A stretch of 63,474 bases of DNA, filler included, from Reticulomyxa filosa (Eukaryota > Protista > Foraminifera), in NCBI GenBank assembly GCA_000512085.1. It is 20 parts of 20 records of this genome, joined end to end, with 100 filler letters (N's around TTAATTAATTAA, not from the genome) between each part and the next. Parts side by side here need not be neighbours in the genome. Positions count along the whole stretch, not along the records: positions 50,654 to 51,653 come from ASPP01035527.1; positions 51,754 to 54,604 come from ASPP01046694.1; positions 54,705 to 57,726 come from ASPP01012234.1; positions 57,827 to 59,204 come from ASPP01034519.1; positions 59,305 to 62,042 come from ASPP01021123.1; positions 62,143 to 63,474 come from ASPP01040304.1; 14 more parts are not named here. One strand, 5' to 3'. Below the pieces are notes generated by a model, which worked only from the letters and a program-made list of their open reading frames with translations, was not told where the DNA came from and ran no database searches. Below are positions 50,654 through 63,474 of the stretch, one piece after another (the stretch's first letter is position 1; each line of letters begins with the position of its first letter). The position numbers were made by a program, and so were the translations under genes.

Positions 50654-51625
50654 ATCGATGCCAGTTTGCGTGGGACATTGTCAGATGCAAGTTGTGAATT
50701 GTTTTTTGCTGCGTCATCAAAAACGGCCGCTGTTTTTGCTGTCGCAGTAATTGCATTCTTACTGACAACATTGTTGGTATTGCAATTGTTGTAAGCAAAG
50801 GTCTTTTCGTCTTCACTGGAAGGGATATCTTCCAACAATTGGTCGATTACTTCCTCCAAAAACTCTTGATGAAGGCCTTTTTTCTGTTTTGCAGAGTTTG
50901 ATTGTTTCAGCTTTTCCAAGCCCGAAGTCTTTGGACTGGCCATTTTCTCTTCCTCGCTGTGATTGCTATCACCTTCGCTACTTGCGCTCGTTGTCTCCGA
51001 GCTTACTACTGTCTTTGTCACTTGCATTTCAAGATTCGGTCGTTTTGTTGTTGTTGTTGTCTCCACAACTGCAGTTTTCGTAGACCTCGTCGATCTTGTC
51101 GTCTTTGGTTTTTTTGACAGCGACGCAGCTGCAGACGTGTTTGTTCTCTCCCCTCTGGGCGTCTTTGCATTTGGATGGTCATAATGCGACTTGGAGCCAT
51201 TCGTCGATCCCTTGGATGTCTTGGGTCGCTTTTTCATACCAGCGTCTTTGTCGTTATCTTTATCTGCACTTCGCATTTGTCTTGCTTTTGGCCAATGCGG
51301 ACTTGGTCACCGATCTGGTGGTGAGACGACTTCTTGCGCGAAGGACGGTCGTCTTTGCGGCTTGCGTGTGTCGTTGTCGAAATGACTGTTGCTTCTCTTG
51401 ATACATTTGCTCAAAGATGGATGGATGTGCCACGCATAACTGCATTAAGCAGCCTCCATGGGCCATGGTCGCGTACTCCACAAACAGCAGTTGCTGCAAT
51501 GACTCAAAGTAATACGATTGGTGATGATGACCGATGTCATTGTCTAATTGGAACGCAAACAATATTTCGATATGTGGTTTGTGATGGCCCATGCGCACTC
51601 GATATAATGTACAATAGGGGTTCAG
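50654..51625 (-). CDS. Hypothetical protein with an S/T/K-rich disordered region (internal fragment)
   Basis: GC-elevated overlapping ORFs 51260-51628 and 50602-51276, joined by a probable single-base frameshift. Confidence 0.5.
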
Positions 51626-52313
51626 CAATGTTTGTCTGGTTTCCTTTTTTTTTNNNNNNNNNNNNNNNNNNNNNNNNNNNNNNNNNNNNNNNNNNNNTTA
51701 ATTAATTAANNNNNNNNNNNNNNNNNNNNNNNNNNNNNNNNNNNNNNNNNNNNTAATTGAATTTATCTCTGATATTTTTCAATATGAAATTACTCAATTG
51801 AAAGATATAATAATGTTAACCTCTCCATGCACGTTCTGCATGTTGATCACTCAGCGCCGACGGTTTTGGACCGCGTGTTTTGGATGCAGATGGTGCGGAG
51901 AGTGGATTCTATCCCCTTTTTAAATTTTTTTTATTGAAAATATTTGAAAAAAACAATTTTCTCTTTAAAATTTCATTGAAGCAAACCAGTTGAAAATAAG
52001 TTTTGAAAAATAATGTTACTGTGCTGCTAACGAAATTTTGTGATCAATTTATTATTTTAATCCGAAAAGCAACTAAGATTTGTTTCATTTGTTATTTTCA
52101 AAACAAATTTTGCTATACATTGATAATGTAAAACACTTTTTTTTAAAAAAGATGAAGTTAAAAAAAAAAAAAAGAGATGAGCCTTTCTTCACATTGTTTT
52201 CGACATACATTACCTCTTTAACATTTCTAAGACAAGTGTCAATTTTTTATATGTTATATATTATATACACATATATATGCATTTTTTTTTAAATTTCGAC
52301 TTGTCACTGTTAT

Positions 52314-54604
52314 TTAATAAATTGACAAAAACACAAACTTAACTTTAATTGTTTTGTTCATAACAAAATTGACACATTTTTGTAGCTTTGGCTTCAGTTG
52401 TTTATGTCTTTTTGCCAAGGTTTCCAACATGGCCGTGTTGTTATTTTTGTTAAACACATTGATTCCCGAGTGGTGTTTGATATGATCCATCGATATCAAC
52501 ACGGAATTTGCACGTTTGTGAGCGGTGGACAATCGTTTTGGATGTTCAATGAGTCAACATTGTGCAAAAGGAGTGGAAAAAAGGTAAGAGTGTGTTGCAA
52601 TTTACCTCCCCTTGCAAATTTGAAGCAAACCCAACTTTGCAGCGTCGGACAAAATTTTCAATCTGTGGGCCCACACATAAGCATCTTGAGGAGACTCTGC
52701 AGTGATATTCAATTTACTTCTATCATCGCCATAAATGACAGTGAATGATGTTTCATAAATGTCTTGGTCTTTCACTCGTCTGACCATACCAGTCACTTCC
52801 AAATTTGCCATACTTGAGCTATTGATGAGAGTGCAATTCATACATTATATTTGCAAATGAGTACAGTGGCATTCAATAAACAAAACAGATAAAAAATAAA
52901 AACACAAATGAAGCGAACCAGAGTCTTGCCTTCTTTCATTTGAGATAATATATCACCATTGTCTTTTGAAGTTGGGTCTACATGTAAGAAATGAGTATTT
53001 CCTAAAGACGGATTAGTGTGGTCCTCGTGTAACAATTCGTCATGATGATACGCATGACTTGCAACTAAAGATGCCGATCTCGAAAGATTCTTGTCTTCGC
53101 TGTCCATCAAATCTTGCAAATGGACATAAGAGCATTGAAAGAAAGCCACCAATCGATGTGACATTATGACCACGCTAAGAGACATGTGATGATATTTGCC
53201 AACACATCACAAAGTAAGGCAACATCATATTTTAATCCAATTAGATTGATTTTATTCTTGTCTCTTTTTTTTTTATACACGATAATATTTGTAAGCTGGA
53301 ATAATTATCATTTTCAAACGTGCTCTATTTCAATATTTTGCTGGCAATATGATAATATAGAGTGAACATCAATAATATATTTATGATAACATAATTGTCA
53401 TTTTTATACGATTGTACGCAAAGATCAAATATGACAATAGATTTCAAATATGTATTCTTGTTTTTCCATTGAAATTGAAATTAGCTCTAAATGATAAATT
53501 TATCTTTTTCATTATAACTTCTTCTATTGATGACTCTTTAGGAATTAAATTGTACAGATCCGTCTTTTGTGATGCAGCGAATGGCATGTTTGCTATTGGG
53601 AGCTAATGTTTTCATTCGAACATGCGCTAATCCATCATCCATTGGGCTCTTTCAAGTGTCTGCCTTTCCATTTATTGCCAAATAATGTATGATTCCATTT
53701 CTTTAATATTGATTTCCGGATGGAATATCTTGCGAATGAATGTGCGTTTCCTGGTGACCGGCTTAACTGGTGTTGTCCTTCTTCGGAGGATGTCGTTTCT
53801 CGGGATCGTTTGGTTCGCTTGTCTATCTTGTGACATTAGTGTTATCTTTGTCTCACTTAACACGTCCAAAAACAACGTGTTCATTTGCTCATACGATTTT
53901 TCTGATGGGCGATAAAGCAGCAAATTTTGATTGTCAAATATTACTGTTGGAACCGCAAAGAGGAAATCAAACACAAGTGCATATTTATATATGTGTATAA
54001 GATATATGTATACGTTTTTTTAAAAATAATTGGAAAGTACCTTTGACAAACAAAAACTTGATTCTTTTAGCCAATTTGATCTCGGCCCAAAGTATATTCT
54101 CAGTTCCTTTTTTTTTTTGTAGATTGTAACTGTGCAAATTTAAAAAAAAAGGGTGGTGTGAGTACAAAGAAATTAAGGTGATTTACCTGTCGTGTCATGT
54201 GATTGGTTGTGTTTTTCATCCGCATCGTGTTCTTGAGAATTGGTGAAAGGGTTGACATGGCCGTCGACGTCGCTTAAGAAGTCGTTGACCAGGACATTGA
54301 GTCTCACTGCTTTGACGAAAATAGCTCTTGCTGCACCTTCGAGAGAATTCGCCACTGTTGCTATTGTTGTGATGATGAGTAGTATGGCTGTCATTGTTAG
54401 TGTTAGTGTTAGGATGACTTGCGGCTGAAAAGTTGACTTGTTTAGCAACATTTATTTCTTTATCTTTTTGTTTTTCTTTTGAAGGAATGGACTTATTGTT
54501 GAACACATTCGAAGTGGGGTGATAGACACTTAAGTAATCCTTTTCTGTCAAAAACCTCTTTTTCCTTCTTCCCAATGCTCTTTCTCGTATTCACACTACT
54601 CTTC
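52314..54604 (-). CDS. Multi-exon gene or partly disrupted gene containing a PLC-type PH domain
   Basis: ILSQMKEGKTL..ETSFTVIYGDDRSKLNITAESPQDAYVWAHRLKIL matches the PLC-type PH C-terminal strands and Trp helix. Upstream exons are unassigned and contain stops. Confidence 0.55.
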
Positions 54605-54763
54605 NNNNNNNNNNNNNNNNNNNNNNNNNNNNNNNNNNNNNNNNNNNNTTAATTAATTAANNNNNNNNNNNNNNNNNNNNNNNNNNNNNNNNNNNNNNNN
54701 NNNNAAAAAAAGAAAATAATAATAAAGTACAATTTTAAAAAAAAAAAAAAAAAGTGCAAGGAT

Positions 54764-55239
54764 TTAACATTTGGATGGCCCCATGTTGTTATTCGAGTTG
54801 GCAGTGGCTACACTCACCGATTTGCTATTATCCCTTTTGATTTCGACAAGAACATTTCTTTTCCATGAGTCAATCAATGTTTTTATTTTATCCAACCACT
54901 CGTCCGATAAATCGTTTGATCGATTTAATATTAATCCATTCACTGTTGCCCCAATTTTTGTCGTTTTTAGTATCTCATAGTTTATCTTCGTGTTCATCAG
55001 ATTTTCCACAATCCTTTGAATGCGTGCTATCTCTGTTTTTGGGTCCTGTTTCCCCCCAACAACATTTTTGTTGTTGTCATTGTTGACGATGGTGCTTGTG
55101 TTTCCTTTATAAAAAAAAAAAAGGAGAACAGAAAAAAAAAAATATTATATATTAAGCACACACACATACTTGCAAATGACCATACCTGAAGCTCTTTTTG
55201 AAAGATACACACATTTTTTATAAGATCAATGTCTGCCAT
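54764..55239 (-). CDS. TFIIS N-terminal (LW/Med26) domain protein, 5' part
   Basis: LMNTKINYEILKTTKIGATVNGL..IKTLIDSWKRNV matches the LW-domain consensus L..T.IG..VN..L...WK. Confidence 0.75.
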
Positions 55240-56102
55240 CGAAAATAGTAAATCAAAAGTTAAAACACAACAAAAAGGATTCTCTTGTCCTCCCCTTTCT
55301 AGACACAAAAACAAGTTAAATAGACACAGTTTCTTTTTTTAATGAATGAAATTATTGGGTTGTATGACAAAATATAACAGAAAAAAATATTCGCTTTTCT
55401 GTTTCTATTAGCAAATAAAATCTTATCCAATTTTTCTTGTTCCAAGAGCTCCAAAAGATATTAATTAAAAAATCTAATCTTTAAGAATTTGTCTTAAAAA
55501 CATTTAATTGAAGATTATGCAACGCTTTTGCCAGCTAACTGGATTTTATCACTGGTAGCTTAGGATTCTCGATATTTGATGTTTTGTTTGAAAATAAATG
55601 TACAGATTATTTCTAGGGCCAAATGTAAGCTTTGTTCAGTGTTTATTTGCTTTTCAGTTAAGATATTACTGCAATTTATATCTATTATTTACAAAAATTG
55701 ATTTTCAAATCTTATAATATTTCAGAATTGCTATTAAATTTTGTTAGAGTTTTTCAGTTCCTAATCTCGACACCAGGTACAATTACAATTCAACATCCTT
55801 TAATAGTAGATGTACTTAGTTGATAATTTTTTAATACATTTATTAAGTAAAACAAATAATACATATAAATGTGTGCCTTTTTTAAAAAATTTCAGTCCAT
55901 ACAACATATGTTAAAATTTTTGTACAAGTCATTATCTCTGTCATTTTGAAGGTTATTGAAAAGCTTTTAAGTAGCATACATCATTTTTGTGTTTTCTTAT
56001 ACAATCTTTTGAAAAACAGAGAAAGCTTCAAAATTTAAGCTGAGAAATTTGAAAAAGGCTGGTAGACATGGAACTTGCTCTTGAAGAAGTTCGGTAGTGA
56101 TC

Positions 56103-57616
56103 ATGTCAAAAGATGCATGGAAAGATAGACTTGCAAGTTCTTCCAAATGGTTGGCATTTGGAGCATTAGCTGCATCATGCTATTTTCTTCATCAATGGTA
56201 TACCGAAAGAGCGGCAAGCAAAACCCAAGCGACAGCAGGAAGCAAAGAAAGTGAAAAAGACGAAACGCCGACACTTCAGTGGTTGCACGACATGCCAAAA
56301 ATCGAGTTGCACGCACATCTGCACGGGAGTATCCCCCCAAAGCTCCTGGCATCGCTGTACAGCGAGCTATCTCAAAGCCAGTTATTTAAAGACGTGATTA
56401 AAGATGGCGAGGACCCGATTGCAAAAGTGAAAGAAATATTGAAGGAAACGACTACCTTTCAAGATTGCTTTGCAATATTTGATGTGGTCCACAGGTTCAT
56501 TAAATAATAAATAAAAAAAAAGGGGGGGGAAGACAAAAAAAAAAAAATTTCATTTTTTTTTTTTTTTGAACCTCCCCCTTCTCTCTCTCCCCCCCCCTTA
56601 TTTCCCTAAGAGTGGTTCAATCAAAAGATGTATTAGAGCGAATTAGCGAGGCAGTGTTTTTGTCATTTGCGCAAGAAAATGTGAAGTATTTAGAGATTCG
56701 AAGCACTCCCCGCGCGTTGAAGCATAGCAACAATTCGCGCGAGGACTACGTGCGTATATTATTAGAGTGCATTGAGTCGTTCCCGAAGCAGCATGCAGCG
56801 CACAAAGACATGACGATCAAGCTGATACTGACCATCGACAACGCAAAGCCCTACGAGGAGGCGGTCGAAACCGTGGAGCTGATCCGCACGATATGGCAAG
56901 AGTATTCGCAAAGTAACAAGACATGTCCACTTGTCGGCTTGGACTTTGCACCCAAGCCATTCGAAGACAAACACATGAATCTGTATCTGCCTTTGCTGCT
57001 CAAAGCGAGAGATCAATATCACATCCCTATCACCATTCATTTCGCTGAGTATTATCATCAGCAACAACAACGACAAGTCTTACAATTCCGTCCTCAACGT
57101 CTCGGGCATGGTATGCTATAATATATATATGTATATGTATATATATATTTATATGTATATACATATATGCATATGTATACATATACATAATTGATACTTT
57201 TTTTTTTATTTGCCAAAATTACAAAAAAAGCAATCAATATGGACGATGAAAATTTTGAGACGATGTTCAAAGACCCGATTCCGATTGAGATGTGCCCCAC
57301 TTCCAATATGATGACGAAATCGATATCAAAGTACCACGATCATGTATTCAAACGGTTAATTACATATTCGGAGGGACTGTATCCGATGATCATTTGCACT
57401 GATGACAAAGGCGTGTTCCACAGCGAATTGCACGAGGAATGGTTTCGAATGGTCAATGCCTTCCCCAAACATTTGACCAAACGCGTCTGCAAACAATTGA
57501 CCATCAATGCAACTATGTTCTCGTTCTTACCTAGCGTTGAGAAAAACTTAAGCTCAAATTGCAATTTGAAGCCTTTTTTGCTGAGTTTGAAAAAAAATTT
57601 TCAGAATGAGTTTTAA
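56103..57616 (+). CDS. ADAL: Adenosine deaminase-like protein (N6-methyl-AMP deaminase type), 3 exons
   Basis: MPKIELHAHLHGSI, ENVKYLEIRSTPR, ITIHFAE, RLGHG, IEMCPTSN, ICTDDKGVF. Confidence 0.85.
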
Positions 57617-57826
57617 CTTTTGCCAACACATTAATATTATCAATATTTTTTTTTGCCAACAAGTCTTTTGTAACTTTTTTTCATACAAAGACAAGCTGCC
57701 ATTTGAATTTATCTCAGTCATCAAACNNNNNNNNNNNNNNNNNNNNNNNNNNNNNNNNNNNNNNNNNNNNTTAATTAATTAANNNNNNNNNNNNNNNNNN
57801 NNNNNNNNNNNNNNNNNNNNNNNNNN

Positions 57827-58310
57827 AATGTTCCAAATGATCATTCACATGTTTCACTTTTCCTTTGAAACCACAATTAATAATTCCAGGTGTTTCTCTT
57901 TCTTCATGTCCTTGTTGTGTTAGCATTCGTAGTTGATGTTGTTCTTGTTGAAATTGTCGTGGACATATCACATCCAATTCATTAATGTATAGCTTAGCAA
58001 ATCGACCTTGAGAATACAAACAGTTGTCATGAGGTTCAATTGGACAAGAATTTTGGTTTTGACTAAGAAATTTAGTCAAACAATTCTCTCCAACAATGAG
58101 CGATTCATCCATATTTTTATGTTGAATACAATTAATCTCCATTGGACTGTTAGCGACTTGTTTGCAAATCAAACAAATCAAATTGTGAATGGACTCCTGT
58201 TTGTTCAATTGTAAAATCCAATTTTTGTCAAAGCAGGCATGTTGTTCAGTAATTGACTCCAAGTCTAGTTTCGCATTGTCTTTGCTTTTCTCTTCTTCCA
58301 TCTTACTCAA
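57827..58310 (-). CDS. Second RING-like/TRAF zinc-finger family member, 5' part
   Basis: CFDKNWIL..LICLICKQVANSPMEINC.QH..IVGENCL..CPIEPH..CGFKGKVK..DHL, collinear with the 6177 gene. Confidence 0.85.
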
Positions 58311-58713
58311 TTTCTTTCTTTTTTAATTAGATGATGTTGAAGAATTGATTTTGAAGTTTTTTGAACTGGGAAAGTTTTGTTGTGGCCAACCTTAATTTTT
58401 TTTTTGACAAAATCACACCATTTGCAAAAAAATTAATTTGAAAAGTTGTTTTATTATTAAAATTAAAAACGATAGTATAGTTTAATAGATTTTTAGTTTT
58501 TTCACAAAAAAAAATAATAAAAAGCATTCTTAATATTCTTTTCCCTTACTAACTTTGATTGTGAGGTCAGTACTTACAAAAAAAAGGGGCAACCTGTGAG
58601 AAAAATAAGACACATTAGCTGAAACTCAATCATTGTGCAGTATCTGGTGAAGTTATATGGTTAAAACAACTAAAAAGACAATTAGATAAACATGAAAAAC
58701 GTATAGGTGAAAA

Positions 58714-59204
58714 ATGGCAAGAAGATATAATACAGGACAATTAATAACCGCATTAGGTATTCGCATTCATAAAGGTACTTTAATTGCACAAAGAACAATA
58801 CAAAATAATCTTATTGATGTTCAATTAACATTAAAAGAAGCAGTAGCAATATTTACAAGAACATGTCAACAAAGTAAGAGATCAAGTACATATGATGGAA
58901 ATGTAATAATAACAGATACAAACACTACTACTACTACTACTAATGGACCAACATCATCGTTAAATACTATCACTAATACTGATTCATCTATTATACTTGC
59001 TATAATGCCAGAATTATTTAAATTAGTTGATGAGCATAAAAAATTATGCGCTGATAGAAGATGGAGTAGATTATTAAATGAATATGTTGATACATTAGCT
59101 ACATATGCTATTGATTTACAAAAAGCATTTGAATTAACAGAACAAGCAGATCAAATATTATTAGAATTAGAAAAATGTATTTTAATACCAATAGAATTAA
59201 CAAA
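58714..59204 (+). CDS. Hypothetical helical protein, 3' truncated
   Basis: Uninterrupted frame of more than 160 codons with strong A/T third-position bias. Confidence 0.5.
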
Positions 59205-59304
59205 NNNNNNNNNNNNNNNNNNNNNNNNNNNNNNNNNNNNNNNNNNNNTTAATTAATTAANNNNNNNNNNNNNNNNNNNNNNNNNNNNNNNNNNNNNNNN
59301 NNNN

Positions 59305-60345
59305 AGAAAGTAAATTATCACCAAATACGAACGGGACCATTTTTTGAACTATAACATAAATTAATTACATACTTATCATTTCTTTCTTTTTAGCTTAATG
59401 AATTTAAAACATGATATTTTTCTAATCCTTTGATGGCATATAATTCTTTCTTAATCAATCGGATATCCCAAAAACAAATTCATTATCAAATGAAAGCGAA
59501 GATATAACATTTGAATTGCATTTTAAAAAGAAAAAAAGAACAAATAAACTGTAGTAAGATTTGCTTCTTGTTGTCATATACATTTGCTTTTGACATTCTA
59601 CTTCATATACCATATTGTTTTACCAGTGATGGTAATAAACTTAAAATAAGTTGAAGAAGAAATAGTTCTTCCACCATTTTCTGTAAATTAGGATAATTGC
59701 TCAATGTCTCCTCATATTATTTTGCTGTCCAAATATTATTTTTATTTTTTGATTTCATTGTTTCAAATTTATCAATATAATCATGCATTTGAATTGTACG
59801 ATCAGCAGAACATGATGTAATTCGATCCCCATTTTTAGATATATCCACACACAATGTACCATTGTAATGACCTTACAATTTTTTTATTTACTTTACTAAT
59901 TTTATGTCATAAATTCGAATTGCATTATCACGTGAATATGATGCAAGTGTTAAACCATCTGGAAAATATTTTAAAGCGTTTACATAATTTAGACTTACTT
60001 TCAATATTTTAGATCTTTTTTATGTTATATTTTTTGTTATAATTTTTAAATCAGCTAAACTATATACAATATGTTGTCTATATGGAGAAAATATTACATG
60101 GTTGCGCAAACATAGAATTTGAATTGTTTCAATATTTTACCAAAATTTTAAATCATATATTTTACCTAAGTTTATTTTAGTATTCATTATATTAATTCAT
60201 GTAGAAATGTCACATAATTGAATCATTCTATCGATTGAACATGAAACAACATTATTTCCATATGGTGAAAATTTTGCGATAAATGCATTATTGTTATGCA
60301 ATCTGAAAATCATAATTTCTTTTCCCAAAGAAATGTCCCATTATT
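59305..60345 (-). pseudogene. Degraded WD40 gene
   Basis: Fragments FSPYGNN, FPDGLTLASYSRDNAIRIYDIK and GHYNGTLCVDISKNGDRITSCSADRTIQ among many stops. Confidence 0.65.
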
Positions 60346-61492
60346 TATTAAATACAAAATAGAATATTATTTTTTTGACAGCACAATATAAATGAAAGTT
60401 GACACATAAAATTAAGAATAAAATTTGAATATTTTATTGATTTTTGAAAATTTTCGAGAAAAAGTTGATAACTTTTTTTAAAGCTTTTTCAGAAAGTACA
60501 TATGCATAGATATTTTTTGAAATAAAAAAGATTATGTCCAAGAAGAAAATTGATCATATATATAAAGTGATGTTTCATTTGTCAAATTTCTTTTTCGAAT
60601 ATGCAAAATCTTATTTAAAACTATGATTATGTAATTAATAATAACAATTTGTAAACAGATCATAAAAGCACTTTTCTTTTAATAAAACTCAGGATCCAGG
60701 TAGAACTAATTCATCGAATCCTTAAAATCAATTTTATATATGATTTGTGAAATAATAATTATGGTATAGAAAAACAAAATTGAGGACATAAAGTTTAATT
60801 AAAAAAATGAATATAAAAACTAATTGTTAGTATAATTGCTTTTTTTAAAAAATTTTGATAAAATTTTTTTGAAAATAATCTATGACAGAAAAATTGCAAA
60901 ATGAAGAACATTCATTGATAATGTATTTTAAACTGTCACTACAGAAAAATAAAATTAAAAAATGTTTTTTAGTATGAGAAAAAGATTCTTCTAAGATTGA
61001 AAAATTTTTTTGGTATAATAAAATTTTTTTAAACAAAAGGGAATATTACTTAATTATGATTGAAATTGGTGAATTATTTGGATACAAATATGAATTTAAA
61101 CAAAATGCGCTGATATATTTATTAAAATAAAAATAATATATTATTCAACTAGTAGTCATACAAAATCCTAGTGATATAAGTGTCGGTCTACTAGATAGGT
61201 TTTTGCATAATGCAATAATCCATTCAAGGTAATGTACGATTGTTTATACAGTAGATTGCAAAGAAAACTGAACGCATAAAACGATATCTTATGATGATAA
61301 TTTATTTTCTCCATGAAAAATCAACATTTAGACATAATTTTTTTTTATTTAAAAAAAAAACTTGAATTTTTATATTTTAATTTTATTTTTATTTTTTATT
61401 TTTTTTTAGCGTCCTTTTTTTTGTTGTGATATCTTTAATTATTTTTTGATATTTTTCATTTTGAAATTTATTGTATCATTTGTCATTTTGAA

Positions 61493-61770
61493 ATGGCGAA
61501 GCATATTAGCCTTTTTATGAAAGGAGTTACTGTTGGTATGTTAATTGGTGGATTTAACATCAGATCAGTTGATAGAAAATTTGTGTTAGTCATGCATCTG
61601 TAATACTGTGGCTTACCCTTTATCATGATAAGGAATTGTAACTAGAAAGACTGGATCGGCATGTCTGAAAAAATTCCTGGTCGTACTCATAGTAAAATTG
61701 TTAGATTGCTTGTTTCTGGAAAGTGTGAAACAGCAAAAGATGTAAAAAAAAAATTAGATAATGATAATGA
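61493..61770 (+). pseudogene. Possible degraded Myb/SANT repeat gene
   Basis: KHISLFMKGVT and *KDWIGMSEKIPGRTHSKIVR resemble the Myb pattern W..IA..IPGRT, with in-frame stops. Confidence 0.3.
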
Positions 61771-62142
61771 AACTAATTCTTTTTTATATTTTATAAAACA
61801 ATAAATATAATTATATACATTAAAAAGATATTCTCGATCAAACTGAACAACTAAAAAAAAAAATTAAAGTAAATAATCATAATAAATACGAAAAAGATCA
61901 TTTCATTAACAATCAGGCAATGCAATCAAATGGTTATATCTAATCTAATTTGGATTTTCATTTATTTAATCCATCATCTAAATTAATACAGATTTATGAT
62001 ATACAGTAAGATAAAAAAGAAAGTTGACACATAAAATGCCACNNNNNNNNNNNNNNNNNNNNNNNNNNNNNNNNNNNNNNNNNNNNTTAATTAATTAANN
62101 NNNNNNNNNNNNNNNNNNNNNNNNNNNNNNNNNNNNNNNNNN

Positions 62143-63474
62143 CAAAATTGAAAGAAATCAACCAATTGCGTAAGGATTGCATGGTGAAAGAAAAAACAGC
62201 AAACGCGACAATGAACATTCCAAAATTGTTGCAATGTTACAATGTGATGTGTGTATTGGAGAAGCGATTTCTATTTTGAAAGACCTCGACAGGATGGTTC
62301 AGCAAAAGTGCAGTCAGCGATTATAGAATTTCGTTGGTGTGACACGTTTAATTCCAAAAAAAGATTCACTAAATATTCGATTAAATTAGCTAAAGTATCC
62401 ATTTTGTACAATTTGGGTGCTTTAATGAGGTTATTTCTTTGTTTTGTGTTTTTTTTTGGGTGTTTGTATACATAAATAAATATGCTATGTATACGTACAT
62501 AGTATATTTATTTATATACACATATATATATATATATATGTACATATATGTATATGTATCTGTTAGCGTTACGACAACAATACAGCTAACTAACTCTTGC
62601 TTTGGTCTTTTCTTTTTACATACTTTGGTTAAATAACAGTTTGCAGGCAATAAAACGTCAAAGTGGTGGCAAAGAATGACTTAAAGAGGCTGCCAATTTG
62701 GTATATCGAATTGATCTTCAAACACATGTGCCACTGCATTTGCATGCGATGCATATGTGATCTTAGAACAAGCCGCCAAAGAAAATCAAGACATTTATTT
62801 TGAAGTTGAGCATTACAAAAAAAAAAAAAAAGATAATAAGACCACCGTAACATACATAAGTACCCCTTACACACATACATACATACATACAATTCAATTG
62901 CATATTATATACATACGTATACATTATCTGTTTTATTTATTACTAATGTATACATTATGTATGTATATGAATACAGACAGTAAATGATTAAGTCTTGGCT
63001 CGTGAAAATGAAAGAGATATCAATTTAGCAGAATTGAATACAAATATGGCCAAGCTAGGAATTGACGTGTATGGTAATTTGGCCTCTTTCAATTCTTCTT
63101 CTTCTTCTGAGCTGCAATCCCAACCCAAATATCAGCACCAATCGCAAACACAGTCACAATCACAATCACAACAATATCAATCTCAATTCTCCAACTTCAA
63201 TCACAATTTTCAGTCAGCCCGAGTGCGCCATTCTACAATGCGACTGCACCATCATTTAACCCAAGCTATGCACCCCCTCGGCAATGGAGTGGTCAACAAC
63301 AATGCCAGCAACTTCCACAGTACTATTCAGGCCAATGTCTTTTTTCTTTTGTGTGTTATGTTTTCCTAAAACAGCCTCAACACATTAAAGTAAATGATCT
63401 TTTTGAATATTGATTTTTACAAATAGGCACCCCCCCCGTTTATGGAGGACAACCTCCTCCACAATATGGACAAT
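62143..63474 (+). pseudogene. BRO1/ALIX-like gene, disrupted, ending in Q/S- and P/G/Y-rich exons
   Basis: EINQLRKDC..LLQCY..LEKRF, frameshift, IEFRWCDTF..SIKLAKVSILYNLGALM, then KE*LKEAA, and a final APPPVYGGQPPPQYG-like exon. Confidence 0.6.

Noticed and set aside
6177-58310. A physical immune gene cluster (TRAF, caspase, WD40, PA28, HEAT)
   Set aside because: The genes lie on separate unlinked contigs. Co-occurrence reflects family abundance only.

Overview
This is an AT-rich, intron-rich eukaryotic sequence. It is not one locus: 20 short contigs are joined by 19 artificial 100-bp linkers (N44-TTAATTAATTAA-N44), so genes on different sides of a linker are not biological neighbours. The gene families (expanded RING/TRAF-zinc-finger WD40 and 'HW..LGWI.DFDK..NY'-WD40 genes, a caspase-type C14 protease, PT-repeat surface protein, (TA)n and poly-T introns) point to a rhizarian/foraminiferan such as Reticulomyxa; this is an inference. 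Recognisable genes include a globin exon, EF-hand protein, protein kinase, makorin-like E3, caspase-like protease, NIF/SCP phosphatase, class III cyclase, Nup205, RWD protein, PA28, LCM-family methyltransferase, DUSP, C2H2 protein, PH protein, TFIIS-N protein, ADAL/MAPDA and BRO1, plus a decayed RNase H-bearing LINE. Four things stand out. (1) A non-coding array at 19066-19450: five ~58-bp hairpin-forming repeats followed by four hairpins with different stems and the same TGGTCGG loop. (2) A six-exon gene encoding a WW-UIM-PB1-like-caspase that the ORF track misses. (3) An intronless, virus-like ORF cassette ending in a 788-bp perfect inverted repeat. (4) WD40 paralogues with swapped N-terminal modules and variation concentrated at a few sites, as in non-self recognition receptors.
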